From NCBI GenBank assembly GCA_030390025.1, contig CM059433.1, forward strand, positions 4,774,001 to 4,838,000: a stretch of 64,000 bases of DNA. Direction: 5' to 3'. Shown in pieces: positions 63,190 through 64,000 of this stretch; position 1 is the first letter of the stretch; every line of letters starts with the position of its first letter. Made by a program: the position numbers and the translations under genes. Under the pieces are notes generated by a model. That model ran no database searches and was not told the DNA's origin. It saw only the letters and a program-made list of their open reading frames with translations. The DNA comes from Squalus acanthias (Eukaryota).

Positions 63190-64000
63190 AGCGCCTTTTA
63201 TGACCACAGGATGTCCCAAAGCACTTCACAGCCAATTAAGTACTTTTAAAGTATAGTCACTGTTGTAATGTGGGGAAATTCGGCAGCCAATTTACCCACA
63301 ACTCGATCCTACAAACAGCAATCAGACAATGACAAGAAATTCTGGATTTTTTTGGGGGGGTGGGGGGGCGTGGGGCGAGATTGAGGGAATAAATGTTCGC
63401 AAGGACAGCAGGGGATCTCCCTGCTCTTCTTCAAATAGGGCCATGGTATATTTATGTTCACTTGAGAGACCTACAGATCCTTGGTTCAACATCACACCCA
63501 AAAGCCAGCACTCCTCGAGTCCAACAACAACAACAACTTGTATTTATATAGCGCCTTTAACGTAGTAAAACGTCCCAAGGCGCTGCACAGGAGTATTGCA
63601 AGACAAAAAATTTGACACCGAGCCACATAAGGATAAATTAGGGCAGGTGACCAAAAGCTTGGTCAAAGAGGTAGATTTTAAGGAGCGTCTTAAAGGAGGA
63701 AAGAGAGGTAGCGAGGCGGAGAGGTTTAGGGAGGGAATTCCAGAGCTTAGGGCCCAGGCAACAGAAGGCATGGCCACCAAAGGTTGAGCGATTATAATCA
63801 GGGATGCTCAAGAGGGCAGAATTAGAGGAGCGCAGATATCTCTGGGGGTTGTGGGGCTGAAGGAGATTACAGAGATAGGGAGGGGTGAGGCCATGGAGGG
63901 ATTTGAAAACAAGGATGAGAATTTTGAAATCGAGAGTCCTGCTCTGAAGTGTCAGCCTAGATTACATACTCAAGTCTCTGGAGCAGGGCTTCAACCCACA
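63190..64000 (-). mobile_element. SacSINE1-like SINE interrupted by an L2 3' fragment (~63522-63933)
   Basis: SINE tail at 63190, L2 with (caa)n tail, SINE head resuming at ~63935. Confidence 0.75.

Noticed and set aside
1..64000. CRISPR arrays, operons or prokaryotic systems
   Set aside because: Vertebrate repeat landscape; no repeat-spacer arrays or dense intact ORFs.

Overview
Eukaryotic, repeat-dense DNA, very likely from a shark or other cartilaginous fish. The repeat set points there: HER1/CR1 LINEs, a HE1-type V-SINE, SacSINE1/Deu-type SINEs, L2, Penelope termini, Harbinger elements and Tigger-like MITEs. Nearly all long ORFs in the track are decayed retroelement or transposon fragments, their antisense shadows, or tandem-repeat artefacts. 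No host protein-coding gene could be identified. A CpG-rich promoter-like region at about 62.5-63.0 kb, A-rich unique plus-strand DNA and scattered minus-strand splice-site pairs suggest the window lies within a minus-strand multi-exon transcript, coding or lncRNA (unresolved). Highlights: (1) minimal hammerhead ribozymes in Penelope termini, from two families; (2) a LINE with a tRNA-like Pol III head and a SINE-like deletion derivative; (3) Harbinger elements that keep the Myb/SANT gene but lack the transposase core, one carrying a 1.8-kb G/C-skewed minisatellite; (4) several unique segments that fold best on the minus strand. All family names come from recognition by eye, not from database searches.
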